A stretch of 64,000 bases of DNA from Candidatus Bathyarchaeia archaeon (GTDB lineage Archaea > Thermoproteota > Bathyarchaeia > Bathyarchaeales > Bathycorpusculaceae): assembly GCA_050015395.1 (NCBI GenBank), contig JBEKBM010000011.1:22940-86939 (forward strand), given 5' to 3'. Shown here piece by piece: positions 10,385-19,856 of this stretch; positions within the stretch are counted from its first letter, which is position 1; every line of letters begins with the position of its first letter. Under the pieces are notes generated by a model. That model was not told the origin of the DNA and did not search any database. It was given only the letters and a program-made list of their open reading frames with translations. Both the position numbers and the translations under genes were made by a program.

Positions 10385-11437
10385 TTGCCATCAACCTCCA
10401 TTGACACCTTCTTCGCATGCACAATCATTGTAGCCGTAGCTTTGATTGCAACCGCTTTTCTATGCTCAACAATGCAAACCAGCATAAACAGCACACAAGA
10501 CATCAACAAAGATAGTTACCTGCAATCCATAGCCGACTACATCATAACAAACCCTGGAGCCCCCGTCAACTGGGGAACCAGCAGCAGTGTTCCCGCCGAC
10601 TTCGGATTAGCAGCCGCCAACTCCACAATCCCCTATGAACTAGACATAGATAAAATCACTCGGTTAAACAACCTAAACAGCTACGCATTATCCAACTTTA
10701 GCATGGAAAACGCCGCTAAACTAAACAATATAGCTTTAGGCATAACGGTTTCTCAAATTATGTCCATAAGCATTGAACAACCAAGCACCAGCCCAGCAGG
10801 CAACGATGTATCTTTTACCTTCACGATTTTAACATACATTGATTCCGAACCCACAAGCGCAAACCTAACCTGCTATGTTGTAGCAGCAAACAACTCTCCG
10901 AGCGAGGTAACCAATAGCACTTTCATTGGGGTTGGCTACGTTACCGTTAAAATCCCAAGCGCAGAGACCGGTAACGCTATGCTTATTGTGTTCGCAAGAG
11001 CATCTTTCGACGACAGAATAACCTCATACGCAATCTACAACTTCCAAAATTCAACCCAGGAATCAGCCCCAAGCAACAACATTTTAACTTTAACCCCGCT
11101 TAATTACACGCTAAGCTACACCACAAATTCAGCTGACTTAACGATCCAAAACGACTACATCTTCTCCTACACATATCAGCAGAATCTCACTCTCGTGCAA
11201 GGCAGCACAACTCAATACCTAATTCCAACAATAATTGACAATAGCCCCTTCGTCATAGTTCTCTGCGGTTTTCTCAATAACGGCACTTATTTTCAAGAAT
11301 GGACCTCTTACCCTCAAGTTCCATTGAAAGCAGGTTCAAGCTTTGAGGATTCAGAGCAAAACGTCTTCAGCTACCTCGTGACAATAAACGGTGTGCTCTA
11401 TAAGGTTGATGTAAGTTTTGGAGATGTGATTTCCTGA
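10385..11437 (+). CDS. Pilus-associated membrane-anchored protein
   Basis: N-terminal TM; PGAPVNWG...FGLA; operon context. Confidence 0.6.
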   Translation: MPSTSIDTFFACTIIVAVALIATAFLCSTMQTSINSTQDINKDSYLQSIADYIITNPGAPVNWGTSSSVPADFGLAAANSTIPYELDIDKITRLNNLNSYALSNFSMENAAKLNNIALGITVSQIMSISIEQPSTSPAGNDVSFTFTILTYIDSEPTSANLTCYVVAANNSPSEVTNSTFIGVGYVTVKIPSAETGNAMLIVFARASFDDRITSYAIYNFQNSTQESAPSNNILTLTPLNYTLSYTTNSADLTIQNDYIFSYTYQQNLTLVQGSTTQYLIPTIIDNSPFVIVLCGFLNNGTYFQEWTSYPQVPLKAGSSFEDSEQNVFSYLVTINGVLYKVDVSFGDVIS

Positions 11438-11868
11438 AACTGCTAAGAGACAAAAGAGGGCAAGTGCGCATAATAGAAGCGATTTTCGCTACAATCCTTT
11501 TGATGTCATGCCTAGCTCTTATTCCATCATCGTCAAGCGTGCCGGATTCAACAGGAAACCTTATTTCAACAGCTCAAAACGTCCTGTTAAGTTTAGACAG
11601 CAACGGGCACTTGGCAACCTTAATTGATAATCAAAATTGGACAGCGCTTAAAGATTGCTTGGAATCTGCTCTTCCGCTTACAGTATGGTTTAACTTAACA
11701 GTTTTCAACCAGACCATGAATATCATAAACCCTCCAAATTTTCCAATTTGCAACGCAGGCGCTGTAAGTGATAAAATCGTTTCAGTAGACTATGTTTGCG
11801 CAAGCCAAAACAGCACATATGCAATCTACATCCTTAGGCTGCAACTGTCAGAGGTAGGATTAACATGA
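11434..11868 (+). CDS. Minor pilin-like protein with probable CTG start
   Basis: In-frame upstream codons give (M)KLLRDKRG|QVRIIEA, a class III signal peptide; in-frame stop at 11407-11409. Confidence 0.65.
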   Translation: MKLLRDKRGQVRIIEAIFATILLMSCLALIPSSSSVPDSTGNLISTAQNVLLSLDSNGHLATLIDNQNWTALKDCLESALPLTVWFNLTVFNQTMNIINPPNFPICNAGAVSDKIVSVDYVCASQNSTYAIYILRLQLSEVGLT

Positions 11869-12632
11869 AAAAACGCAACCTAAAACACAACAGCTCAGGC
11901 CAAGTGATTATAATCACAGCTTTACTGGTAGCGACGCTTTTACTATCCACCGCCATCTATGTCATTGAAACCGAAAAAGAAGTGCCAACGGCTAACACCA
12001 GCGAAGAAAACGTTTTCCCAGCATACCAGCAAAGCATAAGAAACACTCTGATTAGTGCACTAGCAGATATAACCAACGGTAGTAAAACGAGCGTTTTAAC
12101 CGATGACCTAAAAGAATTGAATGCGGCAATCACTTCCGACTCATACCAAGCCATGCTCCAAATGAATTATACTCTGCTAAACGCAGCCAACACCTACCAA
12201 AACGGCATTTGGATCTCTTGGAATGGCAGTCAAGGAATCTCAAGTGATTATGTCCGTTTTGTCTTTAACTCTTCAGCACCTTCAACATCTTCCAGTTTGG
12301 CATTTGATGTACACGTAACTACAGAGGCCGATTTGAGCGGAAACTATTTCCAACTTAACAGCAGCTTCACGCAAGTAAACTTAACAGTCAACGTACTCAA
12401 CGAGGGCAAACCAGCTTTAGCGCAAAACTTCACTTTTTACTTTGAGAATGCAACTGATGATTTGGTAAAAGTGGATTCTCCAATCATAACCGATTTTGGG
12501 AATGGAACATATGCAGTGTCGTTTATAGCTGAAACAGATCAGCCAAGTGACCCTCTTCTTGTATCTATGCTTTGTCAGGATCAGCGAGGTATATTTGTTG
12601 GAGCGAATGTAACATGCAGCAACATAGCGTAA
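11865..12632 (+). CDS. Minor pilin-like protein
   Basis: MKKRNLKHNSSG|QVIIITALL class III signal. Confidence 0.7.
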   Translation: MKKRNLKHNSSGQVIIITALLVATLLLSTAIYVIETEKEVPTANTSEENVFPAYQQSIRNTLISALADITNGSKTSVLTDDLKELNAAITSDSYQAMLQMNYTLLNAANTYQNGIWISWNGSQGISSDYVRFVFNSSAPSTSSSLAFDVHVTTEADLSGNYFQLNSSFTQVNLTVNVLNEGKPALAQNFTFYFENATDDLVKVDSPIITDFGNGTYAVSFIAETDQPSDPLLVSMLCQDQRGIFVGANVTCSNIA

Positions 12633-12663
12633 TAGTGCTTAACAAAAGGAGAGAAGCAGCAGA

Positions 12664-14202
12664 ATGAATCAAACGAAAGCATTAAAAATTCTAGTTGTAA
12701 TCCTAACGGTTTCTATCATACTGACTCAAACCATAAGCGCTGCTCAGACTCCCTCTCCACTAACGGTTGACGATAATTTGGTAAACGTTCTACCAGCACA
12801 CGTGATTTGGGAAAAAAACTATGGCGTCTTGGGAGATGACGACCGAGCATATAATGCGCTAGCAGCTGGTGACGGATATTTGGTTGTTGGTTCATCTGAA
12901 TCGAATAAGACAGGCGTGACTGTTGGTTGGGTTTTAAGGCTTGATACGGATGGCAATGTTATTTGGAACCAAACGTTCCTTGAAGGATCCGGCACGGAAC
13001 TTAGGTTTGCTCTTAATTTGACTGATGGTTTCTTGCTTGTAGGCAACGAATTCTTGCCATCGGGAGATGAAAACGGATATGTCGCAAAAATAAACAGTCA
13101 AGGAGCATTAATATGGCAGACCACCATAAGCGGAGAAGGTCTCAACAAGCTCTTTTCAGCAATTGCCACTCAAGACGGCTTTGTACTTTTTGGGTTAACC
13201 TACTCCAATGTAAGTGGAGACTCCGCTGCTTGGGTAGTCAAACTTGACACAAATGGCAATGTTGTTTGGAACAAAACCTACGGAAATGCCGCAGAGACTG
13301 CCGCAACAACCGGCGTTTTAGCATCAGATGGCGATTACATGGTGGCAGGTTACACGAACCCTCGAGGAGAAAGCAACTATGATTTTCTACTCATGCAAAT
13401 TGACCCGGCTGGGAACATGATATGGAATAAAACCTATGGTGGAACAGGAAGCCAAGAAGCCTCTGCAATGACAAAAGCCTCTGACGGCTACGTAATCGTC
13501 GGAGACACCCAATCGCCAGATAGTAATATGCATGCGTGGGTGGTGAAGGTTGACTGGAACGGTACAATGTTATGGGCTAAAACAGTGGGGGGCAAAAACG
13601 CTGATTCGCCATCATGCATTACTCCTTCAGAGGATGGCGGTTACTTAGTCGGCGGCTTCACTTTTTCTTTCGGCGCAGGAAATCGTGATTTTTGGCTCTT
13701 CAAAATCGACGATTCAGGACAAGTCATGTGGAGTTGCACTCAAGGCAACGCGGGTTACCAAGAAGCTTACAGCGTCATCGAAGCCGGAAAAAACCAATAT
13801 GTTATGGTGGGGTGGACAGACCCACCTGGACAGCCTGCTTTAATCGGCAAGGCTCGATATATGTTCTATATTGTAAACCTCAGCTATCCTCTAGATAGCA
13901 ATGGGCTTTCAAGTTTTCAGTTTATCTCCTACGCCGTTATCGTATTTGCGATTTTACTGGCAGCTTGGTTTGTGGTGTTTAAACTTCGCCATAAACCGAA
14001 TACTAATCAAACCGTTGATGAGCAAAGTAAGAATAAACCTAGCGGTTTTCAAAACTATTACTACTTGTATTTACAAAACGGTCAGCTAAACAGACCCAAC
14101 CCTTGCCCTCTTTTTGCTACCCAAACAACTAAGCAAAAAGCGTACCCATATCTGCACTTTAAAAGTATCTTTCAAGGCAATAGTGCGCCTACATATTGGT
14201 AG
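12664..14202 (+). CDS. Secreted beta-propeller-like repeat protein with C-terminal TM
   Basis: About seven repeats of W(V)VKLDxxGxxxWNKTYGG. Confidence 0.75.
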   Translation: MNQTKALKILVVILTVSIILTQTISAAQTPSPLTVDDNLVNVLPAHVIWEKNYGVLGDDDRAYNALAAGDGYLVVGSSESNKTGVTVGWVLRLDTDGNVIWNQTFLEGSGTELRFALNLTDGFLLVGNEFLPSGDENGYVAKINSQGALIWQTTISGEGLNKLFSAIATQDGFVLFGLTYSNVSGDSAAWVVKLDTNGNVVWNKTYGNAAETAATTGVLASDGDYMVAGYTNPRGESNYDFLLMQIDPAGNMIWNKTYGGTGSQEASAMTKASDGYVIVGDTQSPDSNMHAWVVKVDWNGTMLWAKTVGGKNADSPSCITPSEDGGYLVGGFTFSFGAGNRDFWLFKIDDSGQVMWSCTQGNAGYQEAYSVIEAGKNQYVMVGWTDPPGQPALIGKARYMFYIVNLSYPLDSNGLSSFQFISYAVIVFAILLAAWFVVFKLRHKPNTNQTVDEQSKNKPSGFQNYYYLYLQNGQLNRPNPCPLFATQTTKQKAYPYLHFKSIFQGNSAPTYW

Positions 14203-14314
14203 CTCATTTTTGATAAGAAAATTTGCGAACTAAAATGGACCTGCCTTACCATTGGCAACCGCTGAAAACTATGGTAAAAAAAGCTTAAAAACGGCTGATC
14301 TGCTAATTAGCCGT

Positions 14315-15199
14315 TTATGTTTCAGTCAGTTTAGAGAATAGCATTTGCAGAAGCTTAATGAAGGAACTGTAGTTTGTCCATATTGCCGCCGTTTTGTACT
14401 TCTTCTTTGCATCCCCATCATTTGCCGCGTCTTCATGGAATGCAATCAATACTTCTTTATTATCAGAAATCATAAAGCACGGCAAGTTTTGTTCATCAAC
14501 AATTCGGTGGGATTCACTTAGCCATTGCAGTTGCCCGATGAAATAAGCGCTTTTTAACGAGTTATCAGTAACCAAGATAACATTTACTTTGTCAGCTTGA
14601 TTTTTTAGTTTGTCAGAGAAATCGCTATAGTACAGCTGGGCTAAGTAGCCTGCTGAAGCGAAGACTTGAAACTCTTTTTCGGTTCTTTCAAGTAATTCAT
14701 TAGCTTTCATGAGTACTTGCTGTTCACCCTCGAGCATTTGGAAAAGCTCTTTTTTCGCGTTTGCAACTTTCTGCTGAGGTATGGATTGCCAAAGTTCCAC
14801 AAGGCTTGTTTTTTCCTGTTCTAAAAGCCTGATTTTTATTTTTTGCGCATCTACCAGCAAATCAATGGCTTTATCCAATGGCACAGCTGTGAATTTTAGA
14901 GGTTTCTCGAAAATAGAAAAAACTACGCCTCTCTTCTCTAAATCTCTTAAGATTCGGTAAGTTTCAGTCCGATGAAGCGAAATTGCTTCCGCTATTTCTC
15001 CAGCCTTCATTTCACCTGCTCTTGCAAGATGCAAGTAAACTTTAATCTCGTTTTTAAGCAGTCCAAACCTTGAAAGTGTCTCTTCGATAGTTGATAATTG
15101 CTCATTGTATGATTGATCCTTCTTTACCAGTTTCCAAGATTCATTTTGCTTATCGTACACTTTCGTTAATTCTTGTTGTTTTTCCATTGTAAGTGCCAT
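14315..15199 (-). CDS. TrmB-family transcriptional regulator
   Basis: FGLLKNEIKVYLHL...TETYRILRDLEKRG wHTH; GGTGA RBS before ATG at 15199. Confidence 0.9.
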   Translation of the reverse strand: MALTMEKQQELTKVYDKQNESWKLVKKDQSYNEQLSTIEETLSRFGLLKNEIKVYLHLARAGEMKAGEIAEAISLHRTETYRILRDLEKRGVVFSIFEKPLKFTAVPLDKAIDLLVDAQKIKIRLLEQEKTSLVELWQSIPQQKVANAKKELFQMLEGEQQVLMKANELLERTEKEFQVFASAGYLAQLYYSDFSDKLKNQADKVNVILVTDNSLKSAYFIGQLQWLSESHRIVDEQNLPCFMISDNKEVLIAFHEDAANDGDAKKKYKTAAIWTNYSSFIKLLQMLFSKLTET

Positions 15200-15340
15200 T
15201 GTGGGGGGTTCACCTTGTTTCTCAACATTTGGGGTACTGCTACCCAATTCTGACCATTTATATATAATATAATTACGACTTAACAATCTGAATTACAAAT
15301 CCACATTTCAAAACGCAATCAAATAGCCTCTGCTTACAGG

Positions 15341-15416
15341 GCAGCAGCCTAGCTCAGTCTGGTGAAGCAGCTGGCTGTTAACCAGTCAGTCAAAGGTTCG
15401 AATCCTTTCGGCGGCG
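15341..15416 (+). tRNA. Degenerate tRNA-Asn(GTT), probable pseudo-tRNA
   Basis: Anticodon arm gctgg-ctGTTaa-ccagt and T arm aaagg-ttcgaat-ccttt are intact; acceptor stem and D stem are mismatched. Confidence 0.7.
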
Positions 15417-15720
15417 TTTCATTTCTTAGCTAACGCAAATTGAATATTTTCTAAACAATCTATCAATTTAGCGCTCTCGCTTTACCTATAAGCTCTGTCT
15501 GCGTTTTTCTTGTACATAGTGGATGCCCTTGTAATCGTATTCCGATAATTTTTGAAAGTAGGTGGTACTTTTACGTTTATGAGCGGTTCTTTGCGTTCTT
15601 TTTCGTCGACGCACGCCAGTTACTTTATGGCTTGTTTGGGTGGAGAAGTTCTTTGATGTTTCCCACACATTTTGTGGTTCATGCCAGTATTTGAGGCATC
15701 TAACAGTAAAGTCCATTTAG

Positions 15721-15882
15721 TAACATCAAAAACAAATAATACTATGTTAAAAAAACATGTTTCTATGTTGAAAGTGCGCGTATTAGTTTCTATGCAGTGC
15801 TATGTTGAATCATATTTGGCGTCTATTAGGCTCATCTAGTAGACCGGGAGGTAGGCTTGTGCACACACAAACGTCCTAAGAC
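15721..15882 (+). repeat. Conserved non-coding element, copy A (candidate promoter plus sRNA or micro-ORF)
   Basis: Aligns almost without gaps to the reverse complement of 29346-29510. Confidence 0.85.
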
Positions 15883-15927
15883 AAAAGCCAAGAAACAGGT
15901 GTTAAATACCCAAGCCGATTACATTTC

Positions 15928-17646
15928 TTATGTTTCAAGCGCTTTTGCGGAAGCGTTAGCATAAATTGACCCGAATTTGTTTACGAGGTCTTTCTGAGTG
16001 TAAACTGAGGCATGTAAGTTAAAGAAATTGTCCATTCTGCCTGTTTCCACACCAATTCCGATAACTATGACTCCTTTCCGTAGCAAATCATCAACGCATT
16101 CTTTTAGGGTTATTGGCATGTCGGGATAGCCATATGGCCACCCGTCGGAGATAACTATTAAGCAGCGTTGTTCTTCAAACCGTTTAGCCAGCATTTTTCC
16201 AGCCATCTGGATTGCGTCAGGAATGTAAGTGAGTCCTTCAAATTTCAAGCCGCCAATTCTACCTCTAACTCTCTTTGAATAAGATTCCGAACTGTCCTTA
16301 AGTATGTAGAGTTTATCGCTGAAAGCGAAGAATGTCCAGGATGTTGGGTCAGTCATTAACTCTTTCGCTGCCTCAGCCACAGCTATAGCTAATGCTCGAC
16401 CATATTCTCCTTTCACCTGCATACTGTTGCTAACGTCAAAAATTAGTGACCACGCAAAATTTGGCTTAAGATACTCATCAAGGACAAACACATCTGTCGC
16501 TGGCTTGTTACTTGCCAAGGATTGAATTACAGCAGCTAAATCTAGTTGACCCATTTCTTGCCTTGGGTCCTCATCAAAATAATTAAAGGCTGATCTGAGA
16601 GTGTCGAGAAGTCGCCGGCTTGCCCCTTGAACCAAATTTCTGGCTCTTAGATATTGGGTATAATCTTCCTCTGGAATAGAGACCGATTTAAATCGGGTCA
16701 AAGTTACATAGGGGTTGATTTTTGAAAGTATTTTTTCTTCACGTAGCTTTTGGTAATTGTCAGAATTAAATGCTTGTAAGGCCTCTACTTCCTGTTCCGG
16801 TCTCCAACATTGGTCTATATTGTCAACGGTAGGTACGTTGCCTCCTATGCTTATGAGAGATTGCCAAAATAGGCCTTCAAAATCATCATCCACTGATATT
16901 TCCGCTTCGCTGTAGATGCTGCAGCGCCCGTTGCTTTCAGTATGTCTAAGTGAGGGCGCTTCCAAAAATGGGCCAAAAGGCTCAAGTAAACGCTTTATAC
17001 CTTTAACTTTTTCGTCAAATAACTCTTCCAGTTTAATCTGTTCGCCAGCTATTGACGCTAAGAACGTTACTTTAAGAGCCGTTAGGTCGCTGAATAATTG
17101 ATTTACTGTTTGCTCTTCCTCTGTGCCTGGAGAATTTTTGATTAAGCCTGTGTTAAGTTTTGTCAGTAAAGCCGCCATAAGCTTCGTTGAAGCGGTAAAG
17201 ATTCTTTCTGAAGATTTTATTTTCTGGTAAGCCAACGCGTTAGCGTAAGCAATGTCGAAGAATCTGTCAGGATACCAAGCTTGAATGTAGCTGTTGATGT
17301 AAGTGTCATTAATTAGCGACTTGGCGAACGCTTCAACTATTGAGTCTGACTTTTTAGGAACAATTTTTTCTTTGGGAAATGGCGCCAAAGTGTGAGTTGT
17401 TAAGTGTAGAACAGATGCCCTAAATAATCGCCCAATTTTCGATTTACCTTTATTGTTTGCCTCAAATTTGTGTCCAAGGAATGAAACGTTTCCGTCTTCC
17501 AACATGCGAACGGTTGGGAGCTTAATGGTGAACCCAAAATTGTCACTTTGCAACGTAGGCTGAAATAAGGTTGGGTCCTGAAGTATTTTTACTTTAGTAT
17601 TATCCTTTTGTAAAGAAACCGACCAAGCATAATCAATAAATCCCAA
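15928..17646 (-). CDS. vWA-domain protein (NorD/CbbO-like partner of MoxR)
   Basis: MIDAS DVSNSM, T, LIVISDG; GQLDLAAVI. Confidence 0.85.
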   Translation of the reverse strand: MGFIDYAWSVSLQKDNTKVKILQDPTLFQPTLQSDNFGFTIKLPTVRMLEDGNVSFLGHKFEANNKGKSKIGRLFRASVLHLTTHTLAPFPKEKIVPKKSDSIVEAFAKSLINDTYINSYIQAWYPDRFFDIAYANALAYQKIKSSERIFTASTKLMAALLTKLNTGLIKNSPGTEEEQTVNQLFSDLTALKVTFLASIAGEQIKLEELFDEKVKGIKRLLEPFGPFLEAPSLRHTESNGRCSIYSEAEISVDDDFEGLFWQSLISIGGNVPTVDNIDQCWRPEQEVEALQAFNSDNYQKLREEKILSKINPYVTLTRFKSVSIPEEDYTQYLRARNLVQGASRRLLDTLRSAFNYFDEDPRQEMGQLDLAAVIQSLASNKPATDVFVLDEYLKPNFAWSLIFDVSNSMQVKGEYGRALAIAVAEAAKELMTDPTSWTFFAFSDKLYILKDSSESYSKRVRGRIGGLKFEGLTYIPDAIQMAGKMLAKRFEEQRCLIVISDGWPYGYPDMPITLKECVDDLLRKGVIVIGIGVETGRMDNFFNLHASVYTQKDLVNKFGSIYANASAKALET

Positions 17647-17669
17647 AATGCAATAACTCCAAATTATTG

Positions 17670-18689
17670 CTATTTATTAAAAACTGCTTCTAGGATCCTC
17701 CTCACATCTGCTTGGACTTCGGCGTTGTCGCTGGTTAACCCGACTATGGTTTCTTCAGCTCCTCCCATAGGAGTATTTCCATCTTTGACTAAAGTAGCCC
17801 AGTTGATTAAGTCGCCTAAGGAGGGTCCATAAGGCAAGTCGCCTGCTTTGTATTGTCTTCTCAACTCGGCGCCAGCTTGAATGATTTTATAAGCGGTATC
17901 CTGATCAACATTTGTTCTTTTACGCAACATGTCCACCTCATCCGGAGAGATGGTTTCTCCAACGCTTAAGAAATCAAAGTTTATCCAGACAGCCATGCGT
18001 CGTCTCATGGCGGCGTTTAACGGTTTTGTCCCTAAGAATTCAGATGTGGCAGGGTTCATGCTAATAATCATGTACCCGTACTTATGGCGCTCAATTACCT
18101 CACTGTCTTTTTCATTTAGCACCAGGTGGCCTCTTGTGTCTAAAACTGGGTTTAATCTTGTGGCTACGTCCTGCTTCATCATGTTTGCTTCGTCGAGGTA
18201 CATGATGCCGCCTTTTCTTAGCCATTGGGTTAATAGTCCGTCTACCCAGTTTTCTTTGCCTAACCCGATGAATCGCCCGATGAGGTCAAATGAGGATGTT
18301 GATAAGCCGCAGTTGACTTCCCAAATTGGTAAGCCTGTGAGTTCTGCCACTAAGTAAACAATGTGGGTTTTGCCTGTTCCTGATGGTCCGATTAAGCTGC
18401 ATTGCTTGAAATAATAGAGTGCGCGTACGATGCGTTCAACGTAGTTTAGTCCATGGTCTAGGTATTCTGGCGTGTTTTTTGGTATCATGTCGTCAAGGTG
18501 GGAGAAGCTGAAGTTCGGGTGAAGGTCGTATCTTTGTATGTTGTATTTTTCGTATAAGGGGCATTTGGACATGGGGCGTTCTTTGTCTAAGGATACGGTT
18601 ACCTTGAATTTGTCTTCTTTAAGGGATGAAACCTCATGAATTCTGCTTGCATCAGCTTTTTCTTTTGTACCTTGATGTCCATAACTCAT
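17670..18689 (-). CDS. MoxR-family AAA+ ATPase (CbbQ/NirQ/NorQ-like)
   Basis: GPSGTGKT, YLDEAN, SMNP, GTKPLNAAMRRR. Confidence 0.9.
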   Translation of the reverse strand: MSYGHQGTKEKADASRIHEVSSLKEDKFKVTVSLDKERPMSKCPLYEKYNIQRYDLHPNFSFSHLDDMIPKNTPEYLDHGLNYVERIVRALYYFKQCSLIGPSGTGKTHIVYLVAELTGLPIWEVNCGLSTSSFDLIGRFIGLGKENWVDGLLTQWLRKGGIMYLDEANMMKQDVATRLNPVLDTRGHLVLNEKDSEVIERHKYGYMIISMNPATSEFLGTKPLNAAMRRRMAVWINFDFLSVGETISPDEVDMLRKRTNVDQDTAYKIIQAGAELRRQYKAGDLPYGPSLGDLINWATLVKDGNTPMGGAEETIVGLTSDNAEVQADVRRILEAVFNK

Positions 18690-18908
18690 TCGGCGCCGTC
18701 TCTGGAGTAATATTGAGTTTAGGATCCAATAAATAAATAATGCGTATTACTACTTCATATACACACTACATATTGCGCTGCGACTAAATCTTTCGTATTC
18801 CTGCTTCATATTGCGGTATGTTTTGCGCACCTAAAATTCTGTGCATAAGCTTCTGAGACATACAAGCACTTTTCTGCTTAGAAAACGCTAAGCACCATTT
18901 GATCAACA

Positions 18909-19439
18909 TTGACTCAAGAAGTAGTAGTTAAGGAAGCGCCTGCAGAACTCTTCTCTTCGCAGGAACTCAAACAGTCTGAGAAGAAAAAGCAGGTGACAAT
19001 TCAAGAGCTTGTTGAATCTCTAAAAAGCACAGGCGACGATATCGGCCAAATAAGCGAATTATGTTCAGAAGAAAAAATATTGGTAGCTCAATTTTTCTCG
19101 TCTCTCTTTAAACTCATGCAGCCCCTAGCTTCATCAATAGCTGTAAACCAATTAGCACTTCCAGCTCAACTGGGCGATGTAGTCCAAGCACATATTGATC
19201 CAACAGGACATTTGATATTACAGTTTGAAGACGGTCACCTTGAACTCAAAGATTTAAGCGAAGAAAAAAACCGCGACCTCATGACTGCAGTTGTCGGAGA
19301 TGTCATGCCAAAATTCAAAAACTTAACAAGCCAGCAAAAACGCAAGTTAGAGAACCGGATAAAGCTACTCTCAAGTATAACAAAGGAAATTCAGAAGAGT
19401 TCCGAGGCTCTTTCAGCAGCTATGTCTGCTGACCAATAG
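18909..19439 (+). CDS. Hypothetical protein, helical with coiled-coil C-terminus
   Basis: 176-aa ORF with host-like codon use, divergent from the MoxR gene. Confidence 0.7.
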   Translation: MTQEVVVKEAPAELFSSQELKQSEKKKQVTIQELVESLKSTGDDIGQISELCSEEKILVAQFFSSLFKLMQPLASSIAVNQLALPAQLGDVVQAHIDPTGHLILQFEDGHLELKDLSEEKNRDLMTAVVGDVMPKFKNLTSQQKRKLENRIKLLSSITKEIQKSSEALSAAMSADQ

Positions 19440-19450
19440 CTACCCCTTTT

Positions 19451-19793
19451 TTATTTGCCTGCTAGGTAACTAACCGTAAAGCTTGATCCGCCAGCGGTAA
19501 GAGCTGAGACTGACGTTAATTTAGCATTTTGGCTGTTTGTCATTTGTATTTTAGAAAATGAAAACGTGGCTATGAGACCAGTAACATTGTTTACGTTTAC
19601 ATGGCAATCTGTAAACGTGATGTTTCCGAAATCTGGCAGGGTGCTAGTTTGGTTATTTATAGTTGGTCTTTCCACTATCCATTCGCCTGAAGAACGGGTG
19701 GAATTGTAAACAACATTGTTGCTGAAGGTTTGCCCGGTTGTTGCATCGCTTATTTGTATGCTCCACTGATTTGTGTCTGAATTAACTATATTT
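19451..19793 (-). pseudogene. 3' half of interrupted G1 (peptidase A4/eqolisin) glutamic peptidase
   Basis: Frame reads NIVNSDTNQWSIQISDATTGQTF...SSGEWIVERP...LPDFGNITF and contains the catalytic Glu motif. Confidence 0.9.
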
Positions 19794-19856
19794 CAACACA
19801 TATACGAGTGTGTTTTATACATTCCGTTTATATTATTGCGCGCGAATGTATATCCG

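Noticed and set aside
4445-12632. Archaellum (motility) operon
   Set aside because: No ArlH, ArlF/G or chemotaxis genes were recognised; a pilus is more parsimonious.
15486-15716. 76-aa basic ORF
   Set aside because: No motif or clear RBS; cannot be supported as a gene.
19773-19856. Integrase start at GTG 19773
   Set aside because: It crosses the att junction into host sequence; ATG at 19857 or 19866 is more plausible.
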